Source of the DNA: Candidatus Kapaibacterium sp.
GTDB taxonomy: Bacteria > Bacteroidota > Ignavibacteria > Kapaibacteriales > UBA2268
Reading direction: 5' to 3'
Assembly (NCBI GenBank): GCA_963665665.1
Contig: OY762428.1
Span: forward strand, 2,944,001 to 3,008,000
Length of the DNA stretch: 64,000 bases
The stretch's first letter is position 1. Each line of letters starts with the position of its first letter. Shown here piece by piece: positions 48,403 through 58,179 of this stretch. Both the position numbers and the translations under genes were made by a program. The notes below the pieces were generated by a model. The model worked only from the letters and a program-made list of their open reading frames with translations. It was not told the DNA's origin and made no database searches.

Positions 48403-48660
48403 TTGAAAAAACCAGTTAAATACAGCATAATATTACTCATTACTATTCTGCCAATCGGTTTAATAACCTGATGGAGAATTATTCTTTATAATTTTGATCT
48501 TTTCGGTAAACCCCAGAAGGAAATATTATCAGTAAATTGTGATCCGGATGGTAAAAGGCAGGCGATTATATATGATTTTGGCGGCAATGCTGTAACCATT
48601 CCTCTGATTGCTGTATCGATTGATCCGGGGTGTTCGGGAGATACAGAAGATGATGAGTAA
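48403..48660 (+). pseudogene. 5' fragment of a membrane-anchored protein gene (copy of 49805-50251)
   Basis: 48416-48653 matches 49821-50058 at 235/238; carries the same in-frame TGA; truncated. Confidence 0.75.
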
Positions 48661-48813
48661 ATTGTAAAACAGGCAATTGTTTCAATATCAAAGAGAAAAA
48701 TCCAATGAGGCAGCTTTGATAGTCATTTCTGATTTATTATAAGTTTCGTAAAAGTTTTGGATTCCATCAAAGAATTTTGAATATTGGAAAGCAGAATATT
48801 CGAGGAAAGATAA

Positions 48814-49824
48814 ATGAAAAAATTACAGATAAGAAATAGTACTGCTGAATTCTTGATTTTCACAAATCAGGAAAGAAATGATCATATTGAAGTAAGATTA
48901 CAGAATGAAACTATCTGGCTTTCGCAAAAGCTAATGTCGCTGCTATTCGATTGTAGTACGGATAATATTTCACTACACCTGAAAAATATTTTCAGATCGG
49001 GCGAACTGGAAGAAAATTCAGTTACCGAGGAATTCTCGGTTACTGCTACAGACGGCAAGAATTATAAAACAAAACATTACAACCTTGACGCAATTATTTC
49101 TGTTGGATACAGAGTAAATTCTAAAAGAGCAACTCAATTCAGACAATGGGCAACTTCCGTTATTAAAAATTATGCTGTTAAGGGGTGGGTACTGGATAAA
49201 GAGAGATTAAAAAACGGATCATATCTGAATGAAAATTATTTTGATGAATTGCTTGCAGAAATTAGAGAAATCAGGGCAAGTGAAAGGATGTTTTATCAAA
49301 AAATAACCGACATTTATTCAACTTCTTTTGATTACAATATTGATAGTCCTACAACAAAAGAATTTTTTGCATCTGTTCAAAATAAACTTCATTTTGCTAT
49401 ACACGGCAATACAGCAGCTGAATTAGTAATACAAAGAGCCGATAGTAAAAAGGATTATATGGGATTGACGAGTTGGAAAAACGCTCCTACAGGTAAAATT
49501 ATTAAAACAGATGTTTCAATTGCAAAAAACTATCTAAATAAAGCAGAATTGAAATCATTAGACAGGTTTGTTACAATGTATCTGGATTATGCAGAGACAC
49601 AAGCCGAAAGAAATATTCCCATGTCAATGGAAGACTGGTCAGGTAAATTAAATGCATTTCTGCAATTTAACGAGAAAGAAATCCTGACAAATTCAGGAAA
49701 AGTAAGTCAGGCAATAGCAAAAGCATTTGCCGAAAGTGAATTTGAAAAATATAGAATTATTCAAGACAGAATATTCAGTTCCGACTTTGATAAACTGTTG
49801 AATTATGTTAAAAAAAACGATTAA
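48814..49824 (+). CDS. rhuM: RhuM family protein
   Basis: ETIWLSQK, YNLDAIISVGYRVNS.RATQFRQWAT, IREIRASERMFYQKITD, QNKLH. Confidence 0.9.
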   Translation: MKKLQIRNSTAEFLIFTNQERNDHIEVRLQNETIWLSQKLMSLLFDCSTDNISLHLKNIFRSGELEENSVTEEFSVTATDGKNYKTKHYNLDAIISVGYRVNSKRATQFRQWATSVIKNYAVKGWVLDKERLKNGSYLNENYFDELLAEIREIRASERMFYQKITDIYSTSFDYNIDSPTTKEFFASVQNKLHFAIHGNTAAELVIQRADSKKDYMGLTSWKNAPTGKIIKTDVSIAKNYLNKAELKSLDRFVTMYLDYAETQAERNIPMSMEDWSGKLNAFLQFNEKEILTNSGKVSQAIAKAFAESEFEKYRIIQDRIFSSDFDKLLNYVKKND

Positions 49825-50251
49825 ATACAGCATAATATTACTCATTACTATTCTGCCAATCGGTTTAATAACCTGATGGAGAATTATTCTTTATAATTTT
49901 GATCTTTTCGGTAAACCCCAGAAGGAAATATTATCAGTAAATTGTGATCCGGATGGTAAAAGGCAGGCGATTATATATGATTTTGGCGGCAATGCTGTAA
50001 CCATTCCGCTGATTGCTGTATCGATTGATCCGGGGTGTTCCGGAAATACAGAAGATGAAGATAATATCGTTGTTTTTTCTGCTGAGCATAGGGAAGGATA
50101 TGTTGAAACAGAATGGATTTCATTTAATACGATAAAGGTAAAATATTCAGAAAATCTGAAACCTCTTGCCATGATTGACCGCGTAGTTTTCAATGATTCA
50201 TCTCAGGATTTAATTGTATTGTTCGAAAAGTTTATTACCAATAAGAGATAA
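49805..50251 (+). pseudogene. Membrane-anchored hypothetical protein with an in-frame TGA at codon 24
   Basis: MLKKTIKYSIILLITILPIGLIT*WRIILYNFDLFGKPQ...DPDGKRQAIIYDFGGNAVT...FITNKR*; TGA at 49874-49876. Confidence 0.65.
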
Positions 50252-50441
50252 TTTTTCATTCTGATAGAACGGTACCTGATCTGATTTTAAATTGGTTATT
50301 TGAAAATCATTTTCATTATACCCGCCTATTACAATAATATTTTTCATTTTTCATCTTAATAATTGGCGGCTGGTGCAGTGCCGCACTAAGGATTACCGGG
50401 AAATTGCCGAAAACTGATTAAGTATAATATTGGAGTCCGGA

Positions 50442-51770
50442 ATGACTGAAATGAATGCGATTGAGTCAACAAAAAAAAGACTGCAGGAAATAGAATCCGA
50501 GTTGACAGACCTTAAAAAAGAAAGAAAACAGCTTAATGCCCGCTGGGAGGCGGAAAAGCTGCTTATCAGCCGTATCAGGTCCTGCAAATCCGAAATTGAA
50601 GACGCAAGGAAACGCGCCGAGGATATGGAACGCGCCGGCGACCTTGGCAAAGTAGCGGAAATTCGTTACGGGAAAATACCGGAATTAGAACAAAAACTCA
50701 ACAACACAAACAATCAGCTCCACGAGCTGCAAAAACAGGGAAAAATGCTTACCGAGGAAATTGATGCTGAAGATATTGCCGAAGTTGTAGCTAAATGGAC
50801 GGGTATTCCCGTGAATAAAATGCTGGAAACAGAAAAAACAAAGCTTCTGAAAATGGAGGACAGGATTCATAACAGGCTTATAGGGCAGGATGAGGCCGTT
50901 GTATCTGTTTCCAATGCTATACGGCGCTCCCGGGCGGGCTTGCAGGATCAGGACAGGCCCGTGGGATCCTTTATATTCCTCGGCAGCACGGGGGTGGGTA
51001 AAACTGAAATGGCAAAAGCCCTTGCAGAATTTCTTTTTGATGATGAAAATGCCGTTGTGCGGATAGATATGAGCGAGTATATGGAAAAATTCGCCGTTTC
51101 CCGCCTGATAGGGGCGCCTCCGGGCTACGTTGGCTATGATGAGGGCGGACAACTGACAGAGGCCGTCAGAAGAAGGCCTTATGCTGTAATATTGCTCGAT
51201 GAAATTGAAAAAGCACATACCGAAGTGTTCAATGTATTGTTGCAGGTTCTGGACGACGGCAGGCTGACTGACAGCAAAGGCAGGACTGTTAACTTCAAGA
51301 ATACCCTAATTATTATGACATCGAATCTCGGATCGGAATTTATCCGGGAAAAAATATCAGAAATAAATGATTCGAACAGGATAGGAATACTGCACAATAT
51401 CAGGCAGAAAGTATTTGAGCAGCTTAAGCAAAGAATGAGGCCGGAATTTCTTAACCGCGTAGACGATATTATTATTTTCAACCCGCTGACGGAAAAAGAA
51501 ATTGAAAAGATTGCTTCCTTGCAGTTCAACAAACTTAAAGAAAAGGCAGCAGAAAAGGGTATTGAGCTGAGCATTTCCGGGCCTGCATTGAAAAAAATCG
51601 GAGAAGTGGGATTTGATCCCGTTTTTGGAGCAAGGCCGCTGAAAAGGGCTGTTCAGAATCATTTTACTAATCCACTGGCGGTAAAAATACTGTCATCTGA
51701 AATTATTTCGGGAGATAATGTAAATATTGATATTGATAAATCAGGTAATTTCATATTTTTGAAAAACTAA
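50442..51770 (+). CDS. clpB: N-terminally truncated ClpB (part of M-domain + NBD2)
   Basis: AEIRYG, VAKWTGIPV, GSTGVGKT, RIDMSEY, PPGYVGY, LLDEIEKAH, GARPLKR; N-domain and NBD1 absent. Confidence 0.8.
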   Translation: MTEMNAIESTKKRLQEIESELTDLKKERKQLNARWEAEKLLISRIRSCKSEIEDARKRAEDMERAGDLGKVAEIRYGKIPELEQKLNNTNNQLHELQKQGKMLTEEIDAEDIAEVVAKWTGIPVNKMLETEKTKLLKMEDRIHNRLIGQDEAVVSVSNAIRRSRAGLQDQDRPVGSFIFLGSTGVGKTEMAKALAEFLFDDENAVVRIDMSEYMEKFAVSRLIGAPPGYVGYDEGGQLTEAVRRRPYAVILLDEIEKAHTEVFNVLLQVLDDGRLTDSKGRTVNFKNTLIIMTSNLGSEFIREKISEINDSNRIGILHNIRQKVFEQLKQRMRPEFLNRVDDIIIFNPLTEKEIEKIASLQFNKLKEKAAEKGIELSISGPALKKIGEVGFDPVFGARPLKRAVQNHFTNPLAVKILSSEIISGDNVNIDIDKSGNFIFLKN

Positions 51771-51807
51771 TATCCTTTTATTTTGAAGGAAAAATCCGGG
51801 AGTTCCT

Positions 51808-53682
51808 GTGTGTAGAAAAAAATTATTTACAAGTGCGTTTACTTTGTTTCTGATGATGTTTATCTGGGCGTGTTCGTCACTTCCTATTCAGATAGAGAAT
51901 TTCGAGGGGATGTCCGAAATTGAAAAGGGCGGGAGCGCCCTTATGAAATGGAAGTTCATAAATGCCGAATACGTTCGCGTTGAGGGCCTTAACGGTTACT
52001 TCAACCCGACGGACAGCTTCAGGGTAAGCCCGGACGAAACAAAGAAATATGCTATCACTGCTTATTCCGGCTCTGATTCGGTTTCCAATTCATGGCGCGT
52101 GTTTGTAAAAGATTCCCAATCAGGACATCCCCAACGCGGTCCTTCAGGTTTTTACCCATTGCAGATGGAAACATCATACGAAATAAATGAATATCTGAAC
52201 GGCCTGATGTATTACTCCGAGGCCGCAAATCCCGCTAAGATCAGCGTAATGAGAACATTATATCCCAGGGATGGTTCGGGTCATTTCCACTTACGATTTA
52301 TGCTTATGGACGAAATGGGAAATCATATTTGCGGGCTGGGAGACCAAATGCCTGACGACCTTGCAGTGGAAATTGATTGTTTAGCTGGAAAAAAAGGCCT
52401 TAATCCGGGAAACTGGGAAGAGAAGATATTCTCTGATATCGATCCCGGTGTTAATATTAATATTCTACTGGAAAATTCTGCATCTGCAACACCAAATCCT
52501 GCTATTATTGATATATTGAAAGAATTAACAGCAAATCTTGATCCGGCGGATAATTTTGCATTGACGATGTTCAATCAAAAATATCATGTGGAAATCCCGC
52601 TTAGTTTCTCCGGAAAAGCAGCAGAACAGCTAATGGCTATGCCGGTAAAACCGGTTTCCGGACTTAATGCCGTTTACAGGGCTGCTTTTAATTCCCTCGT
52701 GGAACAGGGTAAAGTAGTTAACGGAAATGAAAATGTAATGATATTATTCCTTTACGGCCCTGATAATTCATCAATAATTTATGAATTGAACGATGTTGCA
52801 AACGCCGCACGGCAGTTGCATATTCCGGTTTATGTAGTAGGTATTGGTAATAATACGGACAGTTATTCGGGTAAATACCTGAGCGATTTCACGGGCGGTA
52901 AATACTTTCAGGTTCCCACCGAGGACCTTGCATCAATTAAGAATATTCTGAATCAGATTGTTTTTTCCCAAAAATATTATTATGAAATTAAAATACCCGA
53001 AACCGAATACTACAGCAATTGCAATGAACTTGATGCCAATATCAGGTTTTCTGTTGATGCTAATTTGCTTAATACGGAAAAAAGGCTGATAACAAGGCCT
53101 GAAAGAATGTTTTCCAAATATCAGTCCCTTTGTGCTTTTGATTATAAAACTGACGAACCTGCCGGAGGCTATGAAATCAACTTTGATGAACTTGCAAAAG
53201 TAATGAAAGACAATCCTTCCTATATGGTACAGCTTACGGGGCACAGCGACGAAGAAGGCAGCCCGAAGGTAAAAAGGGAACTGGCCTTGAAAAGAGTTCA
53301 GAAAATTCGTAAAAAACTTCTTAGCAGAGGTATTGCCCCTGAACAGATCAGGATAGTGAATGCTTCGGATAGCGAACCGGTTTATTATTTCCGGGAGTTT
53401 GACTGGCAAAAAATGTACAATCGCCGGGTTGATATCAAATGGCTTGATCCCGAATTACTTCCCTTTGAAATTATTGCAGGGCAATCATGGACTGAAGAAA
53501 ATGCTCTTGATATTGTTGAAAAATGGGAATCCCGTGGTTATTCGGCTTATTACCAGCGTTATATACATGAAGACAACCCGCTGTATAAAATTAAAATATG
53601 GGGCTATAAAACCCTGCATGATGCAGAACTTGAAGCTGACAAACTTGAAAAAAAATATAAAGTAGCTATGAGGATCGAATAA
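51808..53682 (+). CDS. Lipoprotein with VWA-like, OmpA-like and SPOR-like domains
   Basis: Lipobox IWAC; VWA-like IPVYVVGIG...TGG; OmpA-like GHSD...LALKR...NRRV; C-terminal SPOR-like domain. Confidence 0.7.
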   Translation: MCRKKLFTSAFTLFLMMFIWACSSLPIQIENFEGMSEIEKGGSALMKWKFINAEYVRVEGLNGYFNPTDSFRVSPDETKKYAITAYSGSDSVSNSWRVFVKDSQSGHPQRGPSGFYPLQMETSYEINEYLNGLMYYSEAANPAKISVMRTLYPRDGSGHFHLRFMLMDEMGNHICGLGDQMPDDLAVEIDCLAGKKGLNPGNWEEKIFSDIDPGVNINILLENSASATPNPAIIDILKELTANLDPADNFALTMFNQKYHVEIPLSFSGKAAEQLMAMPVKPVSGLNAVYRAAFNSLVEQGKVVNGNENVMILFLYGPDNSSIIYELNDVANAARQLHIPVYVVGIGNNTDSYSGKYLSDFTGGKYFQVPTEDLASIKNILNQIVFSQKYYYEIKIPETEYYSNCNELDANIRFSVDANLLNTEKRLITRPERMFSKYQSLCAFDYKTDEPAGGYEINFDELAKVMKDNPSYMVQLTGHSDEEGSPKVKRELALKRVQKIRKKLLSRGIAPEQIRIVNASDSEPVYYFREFDWQKMYNRRVDIKWLDPELLPFEIIAGQSWTEENALDIVEKWESRGYSAYYQRYIHEDNPLYKIKIWGYKTLHDAELEADKLEKKYKVAMRIE

Positions 53683-54828
53683 TTATTCATGAACTCCGTT
53701 TAGTGGTAATTCAACTACAAAATTAGTTCCATTACCGAACTCACTGACTGCGTATACATTTCCATGCAGGTAATCAACAAATTTCTTTACGATTGACAGG
53801 CCCAGCCTTGTAGAGCCTTCGTTATTGGTCGGAACTGCCGAAAGCCTTGCAAACTTCATGAACAGCAGTTCTTTGTCTTCTTCTGTCAAACCCGGCCCTT
53901 CGTCGATAATTTCAATTTTTGCAGCTTTATCAATTCCTTCTTCAATAACCGATGTTCTGATAATAATTTTTTTATTGAATTGAGAGAATTTAATTGCATT
54001 TGAAAGAAGGTTCATAATTATTTGCTGTACTTTATCAGAATCAGATATAGTAATTAGTTGCTCGCAACAAAAGTCAATATCAATATTAATATTCTTTTCT
54101 TCCGATCTGATCTTCAGATAATCGACAGTTTTACTTATCAGCATATTCAGGTCGAACTTTTCACTGTTTATCCGGAGATTACCTTCTTCCGCCTTATTTA
54201 TAATCAGCAGGTCGGTAATAATTCTGTACATTGCTTCGCCTGATTCCCTTATATCCCGCGAGAATTCTTTAATTTCCGCCTCACTGAAATCATTAGTATT
54301 TTCCTCCATCAATTTTGAAAATCCAACCATTACCTGAAGCGGATTTTTAAGGTCGTGTGCCGTGATACTCAAAAATTCATTTTTTTCATCAATTAATTTT
54401 TGAAGTTTTTTGTTTTGTGATATTATCAGGTCCTTACTTCTTTTCAGTTCAATATGAGTTTTAATTCTTGCCAGTAATTCTTCATTTTTAAAAGGTTTGG
54501 TAATATAATCCACACCTCCGAACTCAAATCCCTTGATTTTATCTTCAAGCTGTGATTTTGCAGTAACAAAAACAATCGGAATGTTTTGTGTTCGTTCATC
54601 CGTTTTCAGGTCCTGACAGACGGAAAACCCGTCCTTTTCAGGCATCATTACATCAAGTATTATTAAGTCGGGAAGAAGTTTTCTGGCAATATCAACAGCT
54701 TCGAAGCCATTGGTGGCAAGAGCTTTTTTGTAGTTCTCCTCGGCAAGCATATTGCCAATCACCTGCAGGTTTTCTGCCTGGTCATCAACAATAAGAACTA
54801 CTGCGGGGTGTATATGGTTAGTATCCAT
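53683..54828 (-). CDS. Hybrid response regulator-histidine kinase (REC-HisKA-HATPase)
   Basis: LIVDD, LDVMMP, KPF; AHDLKNPL; NLLSNAIKF, DEGPG. Confidence 0.92.
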   Translation of the reverse strand: MDTNHIHPAVVLIVDDQAENLQVIGNMLAEENYKKALATNGFEAVDIARKLLPDLIILDVMMPEKDGFSVCQDLKTDERTQNIPIVFVTAKSQLEDKIKGFEFGGVDYITKPFKNEELLARIKTHIELKRSKDLIISQNKKLQKLIDEKNEFLSITAHDLKNPLQVMVGFSKLMEENTNDFSEAEIKEFSRDIRESGEAMYRIITDLLIINKAEEGNLRINSEKFDLNMLISKTVDYLKIRSEEKNINIDIDFCCEQLITISDSDKVQQIIMNLLSNAIKFSQFNKKIIIRTSVIEEGIDKAAKIEIIDEGPGLTEEDKELLFMKFARLSAVPTNNEGSTRLGLSIVKKFVDYLHGNVYAVSEFGNGTNFVVELPLNGVHE

Positions 54829-54898
54829 TTTATATCAAATTATTATTTCCAAAAATAGTATATATATTCAATCAAATTCTATGCCGAAACAGTAATAT

Positions 54899-57601
54899 TT
54901 ATAAATTTATTTCTCTTATAAAGTTACGGAATTTTTTCAGGAAGTTCTTCAATGCAGGTACATCATAATCTTTTAATGAGTTCTGCAAAATATCTGCAAA
55001 TTTCAAAATGTCCCTGTTTTGATATTTGTTTGCTAATTCGATTATTTCATTAATAAAATCCTGGAAATCATCAATTATTAAAATTTCAAGAAGTTTTCCG
55101 GATTTATCATAAAACTTCTCTTTCAGTTCCATGAAGAAATCATGTTCAATATCTGAAAAAGATATTCTTTTAAAAATATTAGACACATCTGTGATCTGTA
55201 CTTTTGCCAATTTTCTATTAGAAGCTAAATCAAATTTCAGATACTCTGTCAGCTTATCTATCAGCTGATTCTTATCAATAGGTTTCTGAATTATTCCGTC
55301 AATAAGTTTTTTGTCCTCTTCGCTTATTTTGTCTAATTCATAAGCAGTCATGATAATTACAAAAGTATTTTTTAGTTCATCGTCGCGCCTGATGTTCCTG
55401 ACAATTTCAATGCCGTCCATTCCCGGCATTTTATAATCAAGGAGAACAAGTGCGGGCTTATACATTTTTATAAATTCATAGGCGGAATTTCCGTCGATCG
55501 CTTCCACTGTTCTCAGGTTGACTTCTTCAAGGTATAGCTTTATCAATTCTCTTGTATAATCATAATCGTCGGCTATCAATACTTTCGCCGGGTGAAAAAC
55601 AATTCCCTGCCCCGCATTTCTGCTTTCAGCAGAAGGATCTTTTGCTTTTTTGTCAATTTTAATATTTTCAAAATATATAATGAAATTTGTACCAACACCT
55701 TTTTCACTTTCAAGATGAATCCTGCCATTCATTTTTTCTATTAGTTTCTTACTTATTGCCAGCCCGAGCCCTGACCCCCCGAAGCTTCTTCCGGTATGTC
55801 CGCTTTGCTGCCTGAAAGCGCTGAATATTCCTTTTTGCTGCTCAGGGTCAATACCTATCCCGGTATCCTTTACCTGTATTTTTATATCAAGCTTATCTTC
55901 GCTTATGTTGTAAGCATCCAATATTACTGCTACCGATCCCTCTTCAGTAAATTTTATGGCGTTACCAATAATATTAAATAATACCTGCCGGAATCGCAGC
56001 TCATCAAAATACAGGGATTTTGGCAAATTAGGCGACAGGGTAATCCTGAAATCAAGATTTTTCTTCACTATTTCATTCATGAAAATATCTTTCATCTCAA
56101 CAAAAATCTTTTTAATATATATCTGTCTGTTTACAATTTCCAACCTTCCGGCTTCTATCTTCGAGAGATCAAGAATATCATTAATCAGGGAAAGTAATTT
56201 TTCACTACTCGAGAGTATTGTTTTCAAATAGCGTTTATCATCATCATTGAAAGACTTATTAAGTAAAAGGTCGCTAAAACCGATTATCGATGTCATCGGA
56301 GTACGAATTTCATGTGAAACATTGGCCAAGAACTCTGTTTTTAGTTTGTTTGCTGCTTCTGCTTCTTCTTTTGCATTTATCAGTTCCTGCTCGGTTTTCT
56401 TTCTTGTTTCAATTTCCTGTTCAAGTTTTTCCATGGCTTTCTGTAACTGGGATGTTCTTTTTATTACTCTTTTCTCCAGCGAACTGTTCAGCTTATGAAT
56501 TTCATTTTCGGCTTTTTTCCTGTCGGTAATATTTCTTAGAACAGACACAACACCGGTAATATATCCCATATTGTCTTTCATGGGGTATATTGTCTGGCTG
56601 AACCAAAGCTTAGAATAATTGATCTCGAACTCTTTTTCAAATTCAATACTGATCCTTGTGGAAATAACTTTCCTCATATTATTATTAAATTCAATTACTT
56701 CCTCGTGGCTCATATATTCCTCCGGAGCCTGCCCCAGCATTTTCCTGAGCGATGAGTATTCCGGCGGAGCACTTACATACTGGCATTTGCCGTTCAGATC
56801 GTATACAAAAACAATATTATCCCCGCTTTCCACAACCAGCCTCATTCTTTCCTCACTTTGCCTTGCCACGGACAAGGCTTCATTCTTTTCGGCCTCTCTC
56901 AATTTCAACTGTTCAAGCATATTATTGAAAGCTCTGAAAAGCTGACCTATTTCATCCGACCCCTTTGGAACAACCCTGATCGAAAAATCCTCATTGCTTG
57001 AGATTTCCCCGCTGATTTCTGCAAGTTTCAGAATTGGTTTTGAAATCAGATTCTGGAAAATATTTGCCAATATAATCGAAAGTATTGTCATCGTTATCAG
57101 CAAAACGATCATCATTATCATCTGCTCGTGGAATTGGGCATTGATCTTCTGGGTTGATCCTACGATATGGATATAACCCAATATTTCATCCTGCCAGTTT
57201 ATACTTCCGAATGTATGAATATAATTTTTATCAAAAAATGCCGTGTCTTTCTTTATCAGTGTCGGGAAGTTCATTTCACTGACGATTACATCTGCTTTTG
57301 TATAGGACGAAATCCTTTCACCTTCGATGGTTTGTATCTCGGCAAAAATTATATTCGGCAGATTTTCAAGGCTGCCCAAAACGTCTTTCATTCCCTTTTC
57401 ATCATTGAATAATATCGGCGACACAGAATAATATCCCAAAAGCCCGTTAATAAGTTCTGTTTGTTCGCTTAGCTCCGTTCTTAATGTGTTATAATTGAAT
57501 ATAAAGCCGATTAATATCCCGGTAACGGATACACTAACAGAGACTATAAGAATAATAGCAATGAGCTTCGACCGAATTGATATATCTCTTAATGAATTCA
57601 T
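54899..57601 (-). CDS. Membrane hybrid sensor kinase (periplasmic CHASE8-like, HAMP, PAS, HisKA, HATPase, REC)
   Basis: Two TMs, DEIGQL..AFNNML HAMP, PAS/PAC, SHEIRTP, NAIKFT, DTGIG, GSGLGL, LDYKMP. Confidence 0.92.
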   Translation of the reverse strand: MNSLRDISIRSKLIAIILIVSVSVSVTGILIGFIFNYNTLRTELSEQTELINGLLGYYSVSPILFNDEKGMKDVLGSLENLPNIIFAEIQTIEGERISSYTKADVIVSEMNFPTLIKKDTAFFDKNYIHTFGSINWQDEILGYIHIVGSTQKINAQFHEQMIMMIVLLITMTILSIILANIFQNLISKPILKLAEISGEISSNEDFSIRVVPKGSDEIGQLFRAFNNMLEQLKLREAEKNEALSVARQSEERMRLVVESGDNIVFVYDLNGKCQYVSAPPEYSSLRKMLGQAPEEYMSHEEVIEFNNNMRKVISTRISIEFEKEFEINYSKLWFSQTIYPMKDNMGYITGVVSVLRNITDRKKAENEIHKLNSSLEKRVIKRTSQLQKAMEKLEQEIETRKKTEQELINAKEEAEAANKLKTEFLANVSHEIRTPMTSIIGFSDLLLNKSFNDDDKRYLKTILSSSEKLLSLINDILDLSKIEAGRLEIVNRQIYIKKIFVEMKDIFMNEIVKKNLDFRITLSPNLPKSLYFDELRFRQVLFNIIGNAIKFTEEGSVAVILDAYNISEDKLDIKIQVKDTGIGIDPEQQKGIFSAFRQQSGHTGRSFGGSGLGLAISKKLIEKMNGRIHLESEKGVGTNFIIYFENIKIDKKAKDPSAESRNAGQGIVFHPAKVLIADDYDYTRELIKLYLEEVNLRTVEAIDGNSAYEFIKMYKPALVLLDYKMPGMDGIEIVRNIRRDDELKNTFVIIMTAYELDKISEEDKKLIDGIIQKPIDKNQLIDKLTEYLKFDLASNRKLAKVQITDVSNIFKRISFSDIEHDFFMELKEKFYDKSGKLLEILIIDDFQDFINEIIELANKYQNRDILKFADILQNSLKDYDVPALKNFLKKFRNFIREINL

Positions 57602-58176
57602 TGTTTTTTTCCGGGTTTAATTATTTTTCCATGTCTTAATAGCAGGTGGCTGATATATAGTCCTGATGAATTAATCAACTCCTGGTTGATTTCAAATCGG
57701 ATCTTTTTATTTTCCCTGTACAAATTTATATGTGTGCAAATTTCTGCAAAACCAGGTTCGTCGGATAAAAGTAATGTCGGCTGGTCCCCGATTTTTTCTT
57801 TCAGAATTTTCAGTTTATCTTTCATATCATCGCAAATAAATGCAAGATGGCAATAGGGAATATTATTAATATCCTGAACATAATGTATCAGCACTTTTTT
57901 GTCTTTAATTTTTAATTTGGAATAAATTTCTTCAAATGATTCGCTGAAATGATTTTCGCCCACTATACAAATTATAAAAGGCTTGGATTTTATTTCAATT
58001 TCAGATTCTGCAGGCCATTCAATAAAACGCGTAAATCTTTCAATATATGCTGCTATCAGTTTTTCTTCGTCGCTAACATAGCTGCCGGCCGAAATTTCAC
58101 AGTTCCAGGCAAGAATTATTATTCCTACTAAAAAACTGAAAAGAAATTTCGATATTTTGCAGCTACACTTTTTCAT
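57598..58176 (-). CDS. YfiR / DUF4154 family periplasmic protein
   Basis: AAYIERFTRFIEWP, ICIVG, CHLAFI, IRFEIN...GLYISHLLL. Confidence 0.85.
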   Translation of the reverse strand: MKKCSCKISKFLFSFLVGIIILAWNCEISAGSYVSDEEKLIAAYIERFTRFIEWPAESEIEIKSKPFIICIVGENHFSESFEEIYSKLKIKDKKVLIHYVQDINNIPYCHLAFICDDMKDKLKILKEKIGDQPTLLLSDEPGFAEICTHINLYRENKKIRFEINQELINSSGLYISHLLLRHGKIIKPGKKQ

Positions 58177-58179
58177 AAA

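Noticed and set aside
48416-50058. 238-bp repeat pair as a DGR TR/VR or as IS ends
   Set aside because: Only 3 mismatches, not adenine-specific; no reverse transcriptase, transposase or terminal inverted repeats in the window
49891-50193. 100-aa minus-strand ORF
   Set aside because: Antisense shadow of the plus-strand pseudogene
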